A stretch of 62,411 bases of DNA, the filler included. It is 10 parts of 10 records of this genome, joined end to end, with 100 filler letters (N's around TTAATTAATTAA, not from the genome) between each part and the next. Parts side by side here need not be neighbours in the genome. Positions count along the whole stretch, not along the records: positions 57,137 to 62,411 come from SRR31147125_72403; 9 more parts are not named here. One strand, given 5' to 3'. The notes under the pieces are model-generated. The model was not told the DNA's origin. It did no database searches and saw only the letters and a list, made by a program, of their open reading frames with translations. This document shows positions 62,388 through 62,411 of the stretch, one piece after another. The position numbers were made by a program, and so were the translations under genes. The stretch's first letter is position 1. Each line of letters begins with the position of its first letter.

Positions 62388-62411
62388 GTCATTGCGAGCG
62401 AAGCGCGGCAA
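62388..62411. repeat. REP-like element (same family as 57137), truncated
   Basis: GTCATTGCGAGCGAAGCGCGGCAA at the window end. Confidence 0.65.

Noticed and set aside
1-62411. CRISPR arrays, rRNA, integrases/transposases, retron or known defence operons
   Set aside because: No repeat-spacer arrays or diagnostic motifs were seen in any contig.

Overview
The window is not one locus. It is ten unrelated bacterial contigs of about 5-7 kb joined by artificial 100-bp linkers (N-run + TTAATTAATTAA + N-run). Contigs: (1) 1-7829: Cache-domain MCP with a sigma54 promoter, GH9-like glycoside hydrolase, orphan Mu-Gam-like gene, RelA/SpoT-hydrolase-like HD protein, proA. (2) 7930-13203: triple-PBPb + PP2C (SpoIIE) sensor phosphatase and a Tat-exported HD protein. 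(3) 13304-19141: mutM end, eno, cupin, lemA-TPM-TPM, YkgJ, TPR protein. (4) 19242-24484: Aap-like amino-acid ABC genes without an ATPase, plus Fec/Btu-type ABC genes. (5) 24585-31197: VOC, DUF485-actP, alpha/beta-hydrolase-GNAT fusion coupled to crcB, class III aminotransferase. (6) 31298-36863, Clostridia-like: ANTAR pseudo-receiver-PII-amt with ANTAR-like RNA hairpins, prs, PHP, FlK-like thioesterase, duplicated membrane genes. (7) 36964-44013: yebC-ruvCAB-queA-ispDF-cysS-tRNAs. (8) 44114-51086: glycosyltransferases and sulfotransferases. (9) 51187-57036: PEP-CTERM/exosortase-type locus. (10) 57137-62411: alaS, DUF3187-like gene, ssb, TPR lipoprotein, REP-like repeats. Many genes, including essential ones, carry homopolymer frameshifts that are most likely sequencing errors. 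The best candidates for something undescribed are the ANTAR-PII-Amt RNA-level nitrogen switch with variant hexaloops, and the orphan Gam beside an extended alarmone-hydrolase-like protein. All family calls come from motif recognition by eye, without database searches.
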